A DNA stretch of 64,000 bases from assembly GCA_963736115.1 (NCBI GenBank), contig CAVTNR010000003.1, forward strand, positions 1-64,000. Reading direction: 5' to 3'. Positions 28,289 through 38,527 of the stretch are shown piece by piece. The DNA is from an uncultured bacterium. Lineage in GTDB: Bacteria; Zhuqueibacterota; QNDG01; DTFT01. Both the position numbers and the translations under genes were made by a program. Each line of letters begins with the position of its first letter. Within the stretch, counting starts at the first letter, position 1. Under the pieces are notes generated by a model. That model did no database searches. It was not told where the DNA came from and was given only the letters and a program-made list of their open reading frames with translations.

Positions 28289-29368
28289 TTATTTCCGCGT
28301 GAAACGGATGGAACCGACACCGCATGCCGCGGCCATTAGATTTCCCATCCAGGCCGCAGCCAGAGGAGGCAGGGCCCTGTTCTGTCCCAGGGTCTGGCCC
28401 AGCTTGATGCTTCCGAAAAGCATGAAACAGATGGCCAGGCTGATTCCGAATCCCACAGCCAGGGATTTCTTGCGTCTGTTGTAGGCAAGCGGAGCGGCCA
28501 GCAGAACGATGAGAAAATTACTCACCGGAAAGGCGGTTCTCATGTATAGATCCGTCTGCCACCGCTGGTATTGGCCCCGCGTCTCGCGAACTTTCCGGAT
28601 AAAACGCCTGAGTTCGCCATATCGCATCTCGTCCGGAGACACCTGGGCTGTGGCCACCTCCCGGGGCGAAAACTGAAAACCGAAGCGCATGGGCTCCATG
28701 ACCGGAGCGGCCCTTTCAGTGTCTCCGCTGAAGAACCGCTCATACCCGCCGGTGATGTGCCATTGCCTGTCGCGCCATGTCATGGCCGGAGCGTCGATGC
28801 GGTGGATCAGGCGGTTCCCGGAAAACGTTTCAATCCCCACCCCGCTGGCCGTATTCGTTTCCGGATTGAAGGACTCGATGGATATGATCCGGTCCGGCGG
28901 ATCCTGAATCAGGAGGTTCCGGAACCTGGAGATCTGCCTGTACTTTTTACCGGTCAGATACCGGTCCCGTATTTCGTCCTTTTTCCGGTTGGCCGGTATG
29001 GCCGCGGCTTCGTTCAGAAAAAAATTGAACACCGCGACCAATGCGCCGAGAAACAGCAGGGTGCGCATCATCTGATAGAAGCTGTATCCCAGCGCTTTCA
29101 TGGCCGTTATTTCATTGTTTTTAGCCAGAACACCGACCGAGAAAACCGTGGCGAGCAGAGTGCCCATGGGCATGGTCAGCACCACGATGTACGGGATGAA
29201 ATACAGATAATACAGAGCGGTGACCATTGCCGGCACGCGGCCGTCAATGAACTGGTCCACGTTCTCCACGAGGTCCACAATGACGAACAGCAGGACCACG
29301 CCCATGAGCGAGAAGAGAAAAAGGCCCAGGAAGCGTCCGGCGAGGTAGCGGGGCAGAAGGCCGGTCAT
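28289..29368 (-). CDS. lptG: LPS export ABC transporter permease LptG
   Basis: YjgP/YjgQ family: 3 TM, NEITAMKALG, a periplasmic domain, PDEM and 3 TM ending AAWMGN. Its ATG overlaps the lptF stop. Confidence 0.9.
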   Translation of the reverse strand: MTGLLPRYLAGRFLGLFLFSLMGVVLLFVIVDLVENVDQFIDGRVPAMVTALYYLYFIPYIVVLTMPMGTLLATVFSVGVLAKNNEITAMKALGYSFYQMMRTLLFLGALVAVFNFFLNEAAAIPANRKKDEIRDRYLTGKKYRQISRFRNLLIQDPPDRIISIESFNPETNTASGVGIETFSGNRLIHRIDAPAMTWRDRQWHITGGYERFFSGDTERAAPVMEPMRFGFQFSPREVATAQVSPDEMRYGELRRFIRKVRETRGQYQRWQTDLYMRTAFPVSNFLIVLLAAPLAYNRRKKSLAVGFGISLAICFMLFGSIKLGQTLGQNRALPPLAAAWMGNLMAAACGVGSIRFTRK

Positions 29369-30717
29369 GCGCTTCCCTTTTTCGCGATTTTCGTGATTCG
29401 GCCCCATGGGAACAAGGTGGATTCGGTCAGGGTTCTGATGAAAAGGGCGACGCCGAAGGCGCCGACCACCATGTCGGCTGACCACATGGCCACTGCCGGA
29501 TGCAGAATGCGCCGGTCCGCCAGCTGTTCGCCCCCGATCAGGAAAGCCCAGAAAATGATGAAAAACACCAGGCTCAGCCAGCCGGCTGTCGCAAAACCGC
29601 TCTGGCGTGACAGAATGCCCAGCGGCGCCCCGATCAGCACGAATACGATGCAGGCGAACGGGATGGAATATTTCTTGTGGACTTCCACCCACAGGGAATC
29701 GATGGACCGCCGACTGCCGAGAATCACGGCGGCTTCACCGGCCGTCTGGTCCGCCATTCTCTGACCGCGGTGGACTGCGGAACGGACATTTCCGGACCGG
29801 GAGGCTGCCGGTCCGGGTCCGAGCGGCGCGGACCAGTCCTGCGGCATCAGATCGAGCAGGTCCGCCCGAACCAGGGAGCGGATCGCGGTTTCCCGTCCGG
29901 CCATCATGACCCGATCTTCGCGGATGTCGTCCATGAGCATGCGGGTGCTCTTTTCGCGGTCTCCCCTGCGCTGAAAGGCGTTCGGCTCCTGAAACATGTC
30001 GGGAATGGAAATGGAGATTGATTGTTTTTCAAACCGGGCCCGACGGTACTGCTCCATGTTCCGGTTGTCGATTTCATGCATTTCGCCGCTGTAGAGCGTG
30101 AAGAGTATCCTCTCCTGTGCCTTGATGTATTCCACGGTCCCGCGCTCGGCCACCACGGTTTTCGTGAACCGGGGATCGCTGGAGTCACTGATGAAAACGC
30201 CGTTGATCCGGTTCTTCTTCTGGTCCACGGACTGAACGAGTATGGAATAATCGGGTATGCCGTTGTAGAACACATTGGGTTCCAAAGTCATCATGGGCCG
30301 CGTGCGGGAGATACTCCAGGAGAGCACCTTGACGCGGTAATTAAAGTCCGGCAGAACCGTGTTGTTGAACACGACCATCAGAACCGCCAGAACCGCGGAC
30401 GCATAGAAAACCGGCAGCACCATGCGGGACACGGGAACCGCGCCCGCTTTCATGGCGTCGATTTCCCGATCGGCCGAAAGCCGGCCGAAAGCCATGAGCG
30501 CGGCGATGAGTACGGCCATGGGCACGGCCAGGGCGAGAATCCAGGCCAGGTTGAGGGCGAAAAACTCAAGTATGACGGAGGCGGGCAGTCCTTTACCGAG
30601 AATCCTCCCGAGATCCCTGAAAACGATGTTCAGCATGAAGACAAAGACAATTGACGCCAGTCCGAAAAAGAAAGGGGCGATATGCTCCAGCAGTATGTAC
30701 CGTGTCAGAATTTTCAT
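29365..30717 (-). CDS. lptF: LPS export ABC transporter permease LptF
   Basis: MKILTRYIL, FGRLSADREIDAMKAG, EVHKKYSIPFAC..IGAPLG and AMWSAD. Confidence 0.9.
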   Translation of the reverse strand: MKILTRYILLEHIAPFFFGLASIVFVFMLNIVFRDLGRILGKGLPASVILEFFALNLAWILALAVPMAVLIAALMAFGRLSADREIDAMKAGAVPVSRMVLPVFYASAVLAVLMVVFNNTVLPDFNYRVKVLSWSISRTRPMMTLEPNVFYNGIPDYSILVQSVDQKKNRINGVFISDSSDPRFTKTVVAERGTVEYIKAQERILFTLYSGEMHEIDNRNMEQYRRARFEKQSISISIPDMFQEPNAFQRRGDREKSTRMLMDDIREDRVMMAGRETAIRSLVRADLLDLMPQDWSAPLGPGPAASRSGNVRSAVHRGQRMADQTAGEAAVILGSRRSIDSLWVEVHKKYSIPFACIVFVLIGAPLGILSRQSGFATAGWLSLVFFIIFWAFLIGGEQLADRRILHPAVAMWSADMVVGAFGVALFIRTLTESTLFPWGRITKIAKKGSA

Positions 30718-30748
30718 GTACGTTGAGGTTCCTAACGCTGATCACGCT

Positions 30749-30777
30749 AATATATGGAATGGGCTTGATTTTTGCAA
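30749..30777 (-). promoter_or_regulatory. Putative sigma70 promoter of lptFG
   Basis: Minus strand TTGCAA-N17-TATATT. Confidence 0.55.
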
Positions 30778-30812
30778 GAAATTCCATGCGCCGGATCAAA
30801 ATGAGATTTTGC

Positions 30813-30841
30813 TTGCGTTTATTGTTGGGAATAGTTAAGTT
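30813..30841 (+). promoter_or_regulatory. Putative divergent sigma70 promoter of sprA
   Basis: TTGCGT-N17-TAAGTT. Confidence 0.4.
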
Positions 30842-30956
30842 AAGCCTTGTTCCGCATCACTTTCTTCTGGAGTTGCCTATCGCTTGATTGTTATCGGTTT
30901 CCAAAAGGAACCTCCGGATCATCCGGAAAACGATAACAATATTCAGCTTTGTCCCC

Positions 30957-33900
30957 ATGCGTCTTCGGAACATTTCCATACGGAAATATCCAGGGGCGGT
31001 TCTAGTAGTGTCCCTTTTGATGGGCATTGGAACCGCACAGGACTCGGTGCGGGCTCAAATCGGTCTCCGCCTGCCTGAGCCTGATCTGCCGCTCGCCAGA
31101 CTGGCCAGCCCGGCCCGTAAACCGGCCCCTCCTTTCGGCCTTCCCCTGGGCCGGATGCCGGTACAGGTCCCGTCTCCGGTACAGCGCACCGTGTTCATCG
31201 ATTCAACCCATCGGACCGTCCTGATACGGGACGTGCTTTCAGACCGCGATTTCTTCATCCCCCGCCGCATGTCCATGGAGGATTACCTGGGGTCCCGCTC
31301 CAGAATGGAGATGGAACAGGCCTGGTTCTCCTACAAGACCCAGAAAATCACGACTGCCGGACAAGCCGGTCCCGGAGGACGGGGCATCACGATCGCCACG
31401 CCGAGAATCAAGAGCGAGGCCTTCCGCCGCGTCTTCGGGGGCGAAACGCTCAGCCTCAACGTCACCGGCAATATCACCATCAACGGCGAGATGCGCAACG
31501 AGAAGCGCAGCCAGACCAAATCCGCGGCGGATCGCGCCCCGAACACCAGCTTCCAGATGAAGCAGACCCAGAATTTCAAGGTGACGGGAAAAATCGGCGA
31601 GAACGTGTCCGTGGACGTGGACCAGGACAGCGAGCGCATGTTCGAATTCGAGAATGCCATCCACCTCAAGTATTCCAGCGAAGAGGACGGCATCATCCAG
31701 AGCATCGAGGCGGGAAACGTGGCCCTGTCCCTGCCCGGCACCCGTTTCGTCACATTCAGCGCCCAGAACGCGGGCCTGTTCGGCATCAAATCGCAGATGA
31801 AAATCGGCGCCCTTGATCTGACGGCCATCGCCAGCATGGAAAAGGGCGAAAAGAAAAAATTGTCCCTCTCCGGGGGCAAGGAAGACGCGGTACAGAAAAT
31901 CTACGATTTCGAATACAAACGCAACACGCGCTTTTATCTGAACGACTTCTACCGCAAAAACATGAGCCGGATCGATATCGCCACCGGATCGTATTTCCTG
32001 ATCCCCGCGGACAGCATGATTGAAAAAATCGAAGTGTACAAGTCCGACGCCAATTACGACAGAAAAACGGGCGAAGGCGCCTTCAGGGCCTGGGCGCTTC
32101 TCGACCCCCTGCGGCCGGACACGTCCAGGACCGACCAGATGCATTACCGCGGATACTTCATGCGGATGAAGGCCGAGGAATACTATTACTCCGATAAATC
32201 CGGATTCATCATCCTCGACACGCCCCTGCAGGAAAGCGAAGCCCTGGCCGTGGCTTTCCGGACCAAATCGGGAATGGAGTACGGGCTCGTCGATTGGGAC
32301 TCGACCACGTCGAACCCGATAATGAAACTCGTTAAACCGCGCAACGCCAGGCCCTCGGACCCGACCTGGGACCTCGAATGGAAAAACGTCTATTCCATCG
32401 GAAGCCGGAACATGGAAGAGGAGGGTTTCGAGCTCCTCATCTACCAGGATGTCTCCTCCGGAGAGCCGAAGCAGGCGTATGCGTATCCCAGCGGGGCCAA
32501 GAAGGGTTTCCTCGAGATATTCGGCCTGGATCTCGCGAACAAGAACGGAGATCTCACGCCGGACAACATCATCGACGACAGGAGAAATTTCCTGAATCTG
32601 GGCAACGGCGAGCTGGTTTTTCCGGATCAGCGTCCGTTCGCGCCGGTGGACGAATCACAGTTCCCGCTGCCCGACGGGCTCCGTTCCCCGTCCCTGTACG
32701 ACACCACGGACAACGCCTATATCCGGAGCCAGAGCAAGTTTTTCATCGAGATCAAATCGTCCAGCCGGAGCGCGAACTACTCCCTCGGCATGAACGTGAT
32801 CGAGAATTCCGAGGAGGTGATCCTGAACGGCACCCGGCTGGTCAAGGGGCAGGATTATGACATCGAATACACCTCCGGCAGTCTGACGTTGCTCAAGGAG
32901 GAGGCGCGGAGCCCGACCGCCCGGCTGGAGATCAATTACGAATCCCAGCAGATGATTTCCGTCGAAAAGAAGTCCCTGATCGGTTTGCGCGCGGAGTACA
33001 ATTTCCGCGAGAATGCGGCGCAGAAATCCTTCATCGGCGCCACCTTGCTGTACATGAATCAGAAAACCATGGACCAGCGCATCCGGCTCGGCCAGGACGG
33101 CCCCATGAAGAACCTGGTCTGGGACGTGAACACCGCGTTGAACTTTCAGCCGAATTTCATGACCCGGGTGCTGGACGCCCTGCCGCTCATCGAAGCCACA
33201 TCGCCTTCCGCGCTCTCCTTCGAGGGTGAAATCGCCCAGGTCATCCCCAATCCCAATACCCTGAACAATAACAGCACCGGCGACAAGGACGGTGTGGCCT
33301 ATCTGGACGACTTCGAGGGATCCAAACGGGAGGTCCCGCTCGGCGTGATTTATTCGGGATGGGGTATGGGCTCGCTTCCGGATCCGCTCGGGAACATGCA
33401 GGATCAGCTGAGGCGGCGCGGCCACCTGATCTGGTACAATCCCTACGAACAGGTGGGGATCACGGATATCTGGCCGAACCGCGAAGTAACCACCAATTTC
33501 GGAGGCTCCACCCGAACCCATGTTCTGAACCTTCTCTTCCAGCCCAACCCGGGCGCCGACAACTCGGAATCCGAGCGCTCTCAATCCTGGGGCGGCATTC
33601 AGCGGTATCTGTCTTCCGGATACGCGGACCAGACCAACAGCCGCTTTCTCGAAGTCTGGCTGGACGGGAGCCAGGGCACGCTCCACGTGGATTTGGGCCA
33701 GGTTTCTGAGGACGTGATTCCCAACGGCATGCTGGACGAAGAGGACATGGAGCTGAACGGGTATCAGAAAAACGATCAGCTCGAGGACGAGGAGGATCGG
33801 GGTCTGGACATGGTCTTCGGTCCCGATCCGCCGGAGATTTTTCATCCCCACGAACCCGCGGCCATCGATGCGTCCGACCCGGCGAAAACTTTCGCCGAGC

Positions 33901-36900
33901 CCTATGATTTCTGGGACGTCGACGGGAATAAGCAGAAGGCGGAATGGGAGCCCTGGAGCAATGACACCTGGCGCTATGAGCCCCAGACGAACGATTACAA
34001 CCGCATCAACGGCACGGAGAGAAGCAAAGCCAGTTCGCAGTTTATCTATCCGAACAGCGAGGATCTGAACGGCAACGGAGACGTGGACCTCAACAACGAT
34101 TATTACGAATTCAGCTTCAATATAGAAAAAAACTCTCCGGGCGATTCCCTCATTTCCGGCGGCAAGCCGGACGGCTGGCGTCTGTACCGAATCCCCCTGA
34201 ACAATCCCTCCAAGGTCGTGGGACAGCCCCAGTGGTCCCGCATCGAATTCGTGCGGCTCTGGGTGGACGGCATACGGGATCCGTCCGCGATGATCCGCAT
34301 TGCGGAAATTTCCCTTGTGGGAAACGAGTGGAAATTCCAGGGCACGAAGACCTCTGATTCGGATCCGGCCTTCAGCACGGCCCGCGATTCGGTGATCGCC
34401 ATCGAGGTCATCAACACCCACGACAACCCGGATTACGAGCCGCCGCCTGGCGTGCGCGGCGTCGTCGACCCCATCCAGAAAATCCGCGCCAAGGAGCAGT
34501 CGCTCCGTCTCAAGGTGAACGAGCTCCAATCCGGAACCTCGGCTTATATCCAGCGGCAGTTCTACGAGGCAGAAGATCTCATCCATTACAAGACGCTCAA
34601 GATGTTTCTCCACGGTGGCGGCGTGCTGAAAAACGACCTCAAGACCGAGGACAGCATTACCGTCTTCCTGAGGCTCGGCTCGGATACGAACAACCGGTCC
34701 TACTATGAAATCCGTGTGCCCATGCGTCCGGGCTGGGATCCCGCCAATGCGGTGGAGCTGGATTTCGAAGTTCTCAGCAAGCTGAAGGAGAAGGCCAGAC
34801 TGAATCCGGCCGACAGCACCGAGAGCCTGGAATACGGGCACAAGGTCACGCTGGCCGGGTCCCCTTCCCTGCGCAACATCCGGTGGCTGACCGTCGGCGT
34901 CCGCAACAGCGGCACCGCCACTTTCACGGGCGAGATATGGCTGGATGAACTGCGGCTCTCGAACGTGCACAAGGACAAGGGCATCGCAATGCGCGTCCGT
35001 TCCGAGTTCCGCTGGTCCGATTTCCTCTCCGTCAACGGCGAGTACAACCGCAAGGACGCGGACTTTCACACAATCAACGAACGGTTCAGCGAGGGAAGCA
35101 CCACGCAGGGCGGCTCGCTCAACGCGAATTTTCAGCTTCAGAAACTGCTGCCCGCATCCTGGGGCGTTTCTCTTCCCGTCACCACCACCTATACGAAAAG
35201 TATTTCGGACCCCAAGTACTGCCCGGACGACACCGACATTCTGCTGAAAAGCGTCAAATCCGACTCCCTCCGGAAAACCTTTCAGGACCGGAACGAGCAG
35301 AAGGGAATCGGATTTTCCCTGGCCAAATCGAGCAAATCACGGAATTGGTTCGCCAGGCTCCTGCTGGATCCGATATCCGGAGGCGCCAATTACGCTTCCG
35401 GGACCCGGCACTCTTACCGGACGCCCAAGGCCAGGACGGAATCAAAAGGGGGATCGTTCCGGTACAGGCTGGTGCCCAGCGGGGATAATTATATTCTGCC
35501 TTTTTCCTGGGTCGGGAACAAAGGATTTATGAAAAAGATCTCCCAGGTCCGTTTCACCTACCTGCCCTCGGACGTGAATTTCGACATGACGGGATCCTTC
35601 AACCGGTCCAATTCCGAAACGCGCGAAGGCATTGCCACAAACGACACCACGGCCACGCTCTCAAGGAACTTCGACACCACCTTTCAGCCGTTCCGGGCGT
35701 TGACCCTCGAATTCGGCCGCGCTTCCACCGCGGACATGCGTTATGCCGAATGGAGCACGGAAATGCTGATCCCGACGGACAGCATTCAGACGGAGAAAAG
35801 CCAGAATTTCAGCGTCAAACTGAACCCGACTCTCGCCCAATGGCTCAAGCCCAATGCGTCGTTTTCCGCCAATTACCGCTGGCGTAACAACTTCCAGCAG
35901 AGGGCCAATCAAACCGGCGTCAGTTCCGGAATACAGAACAGCATCACGGTGTCCAATACTTTCGATCCTTCCAAGCTGTTCAGTTCAACCGGCAAGAAAA
36001 AGCCGGCCGGCAAGCCTTCGCCCGTCAAACGTCCCGCGCCTGCGGGTTCTGACGCGCCGAAACCGGGAGAACCCGCCAAACCGCAGGATGAAAAAAAGGA
36101 CGGGTCAAAAGGATTATCCGTTCTGACCCTATTCCCCAAAATGGCCGGTGTATTCCGGAAGATCGACCCCATCACAGTCAATGTCACGCACACCGCCTCG
36201 TCCAATGACCAGGGCATTCTCGGCCAGCCGGACATGGCGTATATGTTCGGCCTGACCATGGACCCGGGTGTTCCGTACTCCGAGAACTTGCTTTCGAATC
36301 CGGTCACCCGGACCCGCAATCTGCGTTGGTCGCTTAAATCGGGCGTAAAAATCACCAGTAGTCTGCAGGCAGGAATGGATTATAATTTTTCAGATAATTT
36401 GAACATAAGCTCTCAGTCCACTCAAACGATATCCAGAACCGCATATTTAAGCGATGAAACAGGGATACCGTTTCCAACTTGGAGTTTGACCTGGCAGGGT
36501 CTGGAAAAAGTAAAATATATTAATAAATATTTGAAATCATTGCGTTTGTCTCATTCCTTCTCCGGAAATCAGGAGGATAATTATACTCAATCCAAGCTGA
36601 CCAGCACCAAACTGACCAAAAATTTCAGGCCATTTTTCGGCATCGCCATATCCATGAAAAACGGTATTACAGGCAATATTCAATATAATAATACATCCTC
36701 TCTGACCACAACAGTCAAAGGCAGTTCTCTGGCAAGCCGAATAAGGCAACAGGCCAGCTCAATCAGTGTTTCAGGTTCATATTCGAAACGAGGCGGCCTG
36801 CGTCTTCCCTTCATGAAAAACAAAAAGTTAGATAATAATCTGGACTTCAAAATGTCATTTGAGAGCAGCAATTCCGAAGATTTCAGCGCTAAAACCCTGA

Positions 36901-37088
36901 AGTCCAAATATACCAGCACCCGGAGTCAGAAAACCTGGACCCTGGAGCCGCGCGTGGATTACTCCTTTTCCACTTCGGTCAACGGCGGCTGTTATCTGAA
37001 GCTGGGCCAAAGCAAGCACTTCCAGCTGGGAACCACAAAAACAACCGCATTCGGCATCAACTGCGTCATTTCCCTGGCTGGACGATAA
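30957..37088 (+). CDS. sprA: SprA/Sov-family large outer-membrane beta-barrel (T9SS translocon homolog)
   Basis: About 2040 aa with RVFGG, VTGKIGE, IIQSIEAGNVALSLP, GLFGIK, WDLEWKNVYS, LVKGQDYDIEY, AYLDDFEG, DLGQVSEDVIPNG, EDLNGNG, WRLYRIPL and EIWLDELRLS, followed by amphipathic beta strands. The start codon is uncertain. Confidence 0.88.
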   Translation: MRLRNISIRKYPGAVLVVSLLMGIGTAQDSVRAQIGLRLPEPDLPLARLASPARKPAPPFGLPLGRMPVQVPSPVQRTVFIDSTHRTVLIRDVLSDRDFFIPRRMSMEDYLGSRSRMEMEQAWFSYKTQKITTAGQAGPGGRGITIATPRIKSEAFRRVFGGETLSLNVTGNITINGEMRNEKRSQTKSAADRAPNTSFQMKQTQNFKVTGKIGENVSVDVDQDSERMFEFENAIHLKYSSEEDGIIQSIEAGNVALSLPGTRFVTFSAQNAGLFGIKSQMKIGALDLTAIASMEKGEKKKLSLSGGKEDAVQKIYDFEYKRNTRFYLNDFYRKNMSRIDIATGSYFLIPADSMIEKIEVYKSDANYDRKTGEGAFRAWALLDPLRPDTSRTDQMHYRGYFMRMKAEEYYYSDKSGFIILDTPLQESEALAVAFRTKSGMEYGLVDWDSTTSNPIMKLVKPRNARPSDPTWDLEWKNVYSIGSRNMEEEGFELLIYQDVSSGEPKQAYAYPSGAKKGFLEIFGLDLANKNGDLTPDNIIDDRRNFLNLGNGELVFPDQRPFAPVDESQFPLPDGLRSPSLYDTTDNAYIRSQSKFFIEIKSSSRSANYSLGMNVIENSEEVILNGTRLVKGQDYDIEYTSGSLTLLKEEARSPTARLEINYESQQMISVEKKSLIGLRAEYNFRENAAQKSFIGATLLYMNQKTMDQRIRLGQDGPMKNLVWDVNTALNFQPNFMTRVLDALPLIEATSPSALSFEGEIAQVIPNPNTLNNNSTGDKDGVAYLDDFEGSKREVPLGVIYSGWGMGSLPDPLGNMQDQLRRRGHLIWYNPYEQVGITDIWPNREVTTNFGGSTRTHVLNLLFQPNPGADNSESERSQSWGGIQRYLSSGYADQTNSRFLEVWLDGSQGTLHVDLGQVSEDVIPNGMLDEEDMELNGYQKNDQLEDEEDRGLDMVFGPDPPEIFHPHEPAAIDASDPAKTFAEPYDFWDVDGNKQKAEWEPWSNDTWRYEPQTNDYNRINGTERSKASSQFIYPNSEDLNGNGDVDLNNDYYEFSFNIEKNSPGDSLISGGKPDGWRLYRIPLNNPSKVVGQPQWSRIEFVRLWVDGIRDPSAMIRIAEISLVGNEWKFQGTKTSDSDPAFSTARDSVIAIEVINTHDNPDYEPPPGVRGVVDPIQKIRAKEQSLRLKVNELQSGTSAYIQRQFYEAEDLIHYKTLKMFLHGGGVLKNDLKTEDSITVFLRLGSDTNNRSYYEIRVPMRPGWDPANAVELDFEVLSKLKEKARLNPADSTESLEYGHKVTLAGSPSLRNIRWLTVGVRNSGTATFTGEIWLDELRLSNVHKDKGIAMRVRSEFRWSDFLSVNGEYNRKDADFHTINERFSEGSTTQGGSLNANFQLQKLLPASWGVSLPVTTTYTKSISDPKYCPDDTDILLKSVKSDSLRKTFQDRNEQKGIGFSLAKSSKSRNWFARLLLDPISGGANYASGTRHSYRTPKARTESKGGSFRYRLVPSGDNYILPFSWVGNKGFMKKISQVRFTYLPSDVNFDMTGSFNRSNSETREGIATNDTTATLSRNFDTTFQPFRALTLEFGRASTADMRYAEWSTEMLIPTDSIQTEKSQNFSVKLNPTLAQWLKPNASFSANYRWRNNFQQRANQTGVSSGIQNSITVSNTFDPSKLFSSTGKKKPAGKPSPVKRPAPAGSDAPKPGEPAKPQDEKKDGSKGLSVLTLFPKMAGVFRKIDPITVNVTHTASSNDQGILGQPDMAYMFGLTMDPGVPYSENLLSNPVTRTRNLRWSLKSGVKITSSLQAGMDYNFSDNLNISSQSTQTISRTAYLSDETGIPFPTWSLTWQGLEKVKYINKYLKSLRLSHSFSGNQEDNYTQSKLTSTKLTKNFRPFFGIAISMKNGITGNIQYNNTSSLTTTVKGSSLASRIRQQASSISVSGSYSKRGGLRLPFMKNKKLDNNLDFKMSFESSNSEDFSAKTLKSKYTSTRSQKTWTLEPRVDYSFSTSVNGGCYLKLGQSKHFQLGTTKTTAFGINCVISLAGR

Positions 37089-37092
37089 AATC

Positions 37093-37121
37093 TTGACTTT
37101 CTTCCGTATTTTCATTATAAT
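37093..37121 (+). promoter_or_regulatory. sigma70 promoter of the rsmI-pgsA-like-panD-ino1-MATE operon
   Basis: TTGACT-N17-TATAAT, near consensus. Confidence 0.75.
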
Positions 37122-37190
37122 TAAAACTGTCTTTCCGATTTTTCAGCAGAAAGTGGCTTTCTGGATATCCGGGATCCTAAAGAAACGACT

Positions 37191-37889
37191 GTGCCGGCCG
37201 GAATCGGCACTCTTTTTCTGGTCAGCACCCCGATCGGCAATCTGGAAGACATGCCGCCGAGAGCCGTGCGCATTCTCGCCGAGGCGGATCTGGTGGCCGC
37301 GGAAGATACGCGGCATACCGGAATCCTCATGCGGCATTTCGGCATCAGCAACCGGCTGGAAAGCTATCACGATTATAATAAGGAAAGAACCGGCCCGCGT
37401 CTCATTCAGCGTCTGCTGAACGGAGAATCCATCGCGGTCGTTTCTGACGCCGGCACTCCGGGAATCTCGGATCCGGCGTTCAACCTGGTCCGCAGCGCGG
37501 CGGAAAACCGGATCCCCGTGATTCCGATTCCCGGACCCACGGCCGCCATTGCGGCCCTGTCCGTTTCGGGTCTGCCCACCGACCGTTTCGTCTTCGAAGG
37601 ATTCCTTCCGGCGAAGAAGGGACGCCGGACCCGCCTGGCGGAGCTGGCGAAAGAATCCAGGACCCTCATCCTGTACGAATCGCCACACCGGCTGATCCGC
37701 ACCCTGCGGGATCTGCTGGAAACGCTGGGAGACAGGCCCGCATCCGTCAGCCGCGAACTGACCAAGAAGTTCGAGGAAACGGTCCGCGGCCGGATCTCGG
37801 AACTGATCGTCGTGTTTTCGGGCCGCAGGATTCTCGGTGAATTCGTTCTCATCATACACGGTCACCTCGACAGGGAAAAAATAAAATGA
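37191..37889 (+). CDS. rsmI: 16S rRNA C1402 2'-O-methyltransferase
   Basis: GTLFLVSTPIGNLED, AAEDTR, VSDAGTPGISDP, FEGFLP, YESPHR and RELTKKFE. Confidence 0.96.
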   Translation: MPAGIGTLFLVSTPIGNLEDMPPRAVRILAEADLVAAEDTRHTGILMRHFGISNRLESYHDYNKERTGPRLIQRLLNGESIAVVSDAGTPGISDPAFNLVRSAAENRIPVIPIPGPTAAIAALSVSGLPTDRFVFEGFLPAKKGRRTRLAELAKESRTLILYESPHRLIRTLRDLLETLGDRPASVSRELTKKFEETVRGRISELIVVFSGRRILGEFVLIIHGHLDREKIK

Positions 37890-38515
37890 CCCAACTCGTC
37901 GACCGCGAAGCCATTCCCGATTCACTCAAGGACGGATACGCCCGCGCGGTCTCTCCTCTCATCCGGCTGCTGACCCGCTGGGACATGCATCCGAACACAT
38001 TCACCGTTTTCGGACTGATCGTCAGCGCCGTGTCTTCCGTTTTCATGGCCGCGGGCTCTTTCCGCCTGGCGGCCCTGCTCGTTCTGCTCGCCGGCTTTTT
38101 TGACACCGTAGACGGCAAACTCGCGCGCCAGAGCGGAAAAGTCACGAAATTCGGCGCCTTGCTGGATTCCACTCTCGACCGCTATTCCGAGGCGCTGATC
38201 TTCTTCGGCATGGCCTACTGTTTCGTCCGTCAGGACCGCTATCTGACGACCCTGGCCGTGGCCGTGGCCCTCGGGGGTTCCCTCATGGTCAGCTATGTCC
38301 GCGCGCGTGCCGAAGGCCTGGGATTCGAATGCAAGGTCGGCATTTTACAGAGGCCGGAGCGCCTCATTCTGATCGCGGCGGGCGGCCTTCTGCATCCCGC
38401 GGCCCTGATCGCTTCCATTTGGATCATCGCGGTTCTCTCCAATGTCACCGTCTTCATCCGTCTCCTGCACGTCCGGAACGAGGAGCGGAAACGTGCCACG
38501 GCGCCATCGCCCTGA
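37886..38515 (+). CDS. CDP-alcohol phosphatidyltransferase, phosphatidylinositol-phosphate synthase-like
   Basis: PN..T, the motif DTVDGKLAR-x7-G-x3-D-x3-DR, plus SYVRARAE and RPER typical of PIP/AIP synthases; ino1 lies two genes downstream. Confidence 0.85.
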   Translation: MTQLVDREAIPDSLKDGYARAVSPLIRLLTRWDMHPNTFTVFGLIVSAVSSVFMAAGSFRLAALLVLLAGFFDTVDGKLARQSGKVTKFGALLDSTLDRYSEALIFFGMAYCFVRQDRYLTTLAVAVALGGSLMVSYVRARAEGLGFECKVGILQRPERLILIAAGGLLHPAALIASIWIIAVLSNVTVFIRLLHVRNEERKRATAPSP

Positions 38516-38527
38516 CGGACCGGACCG

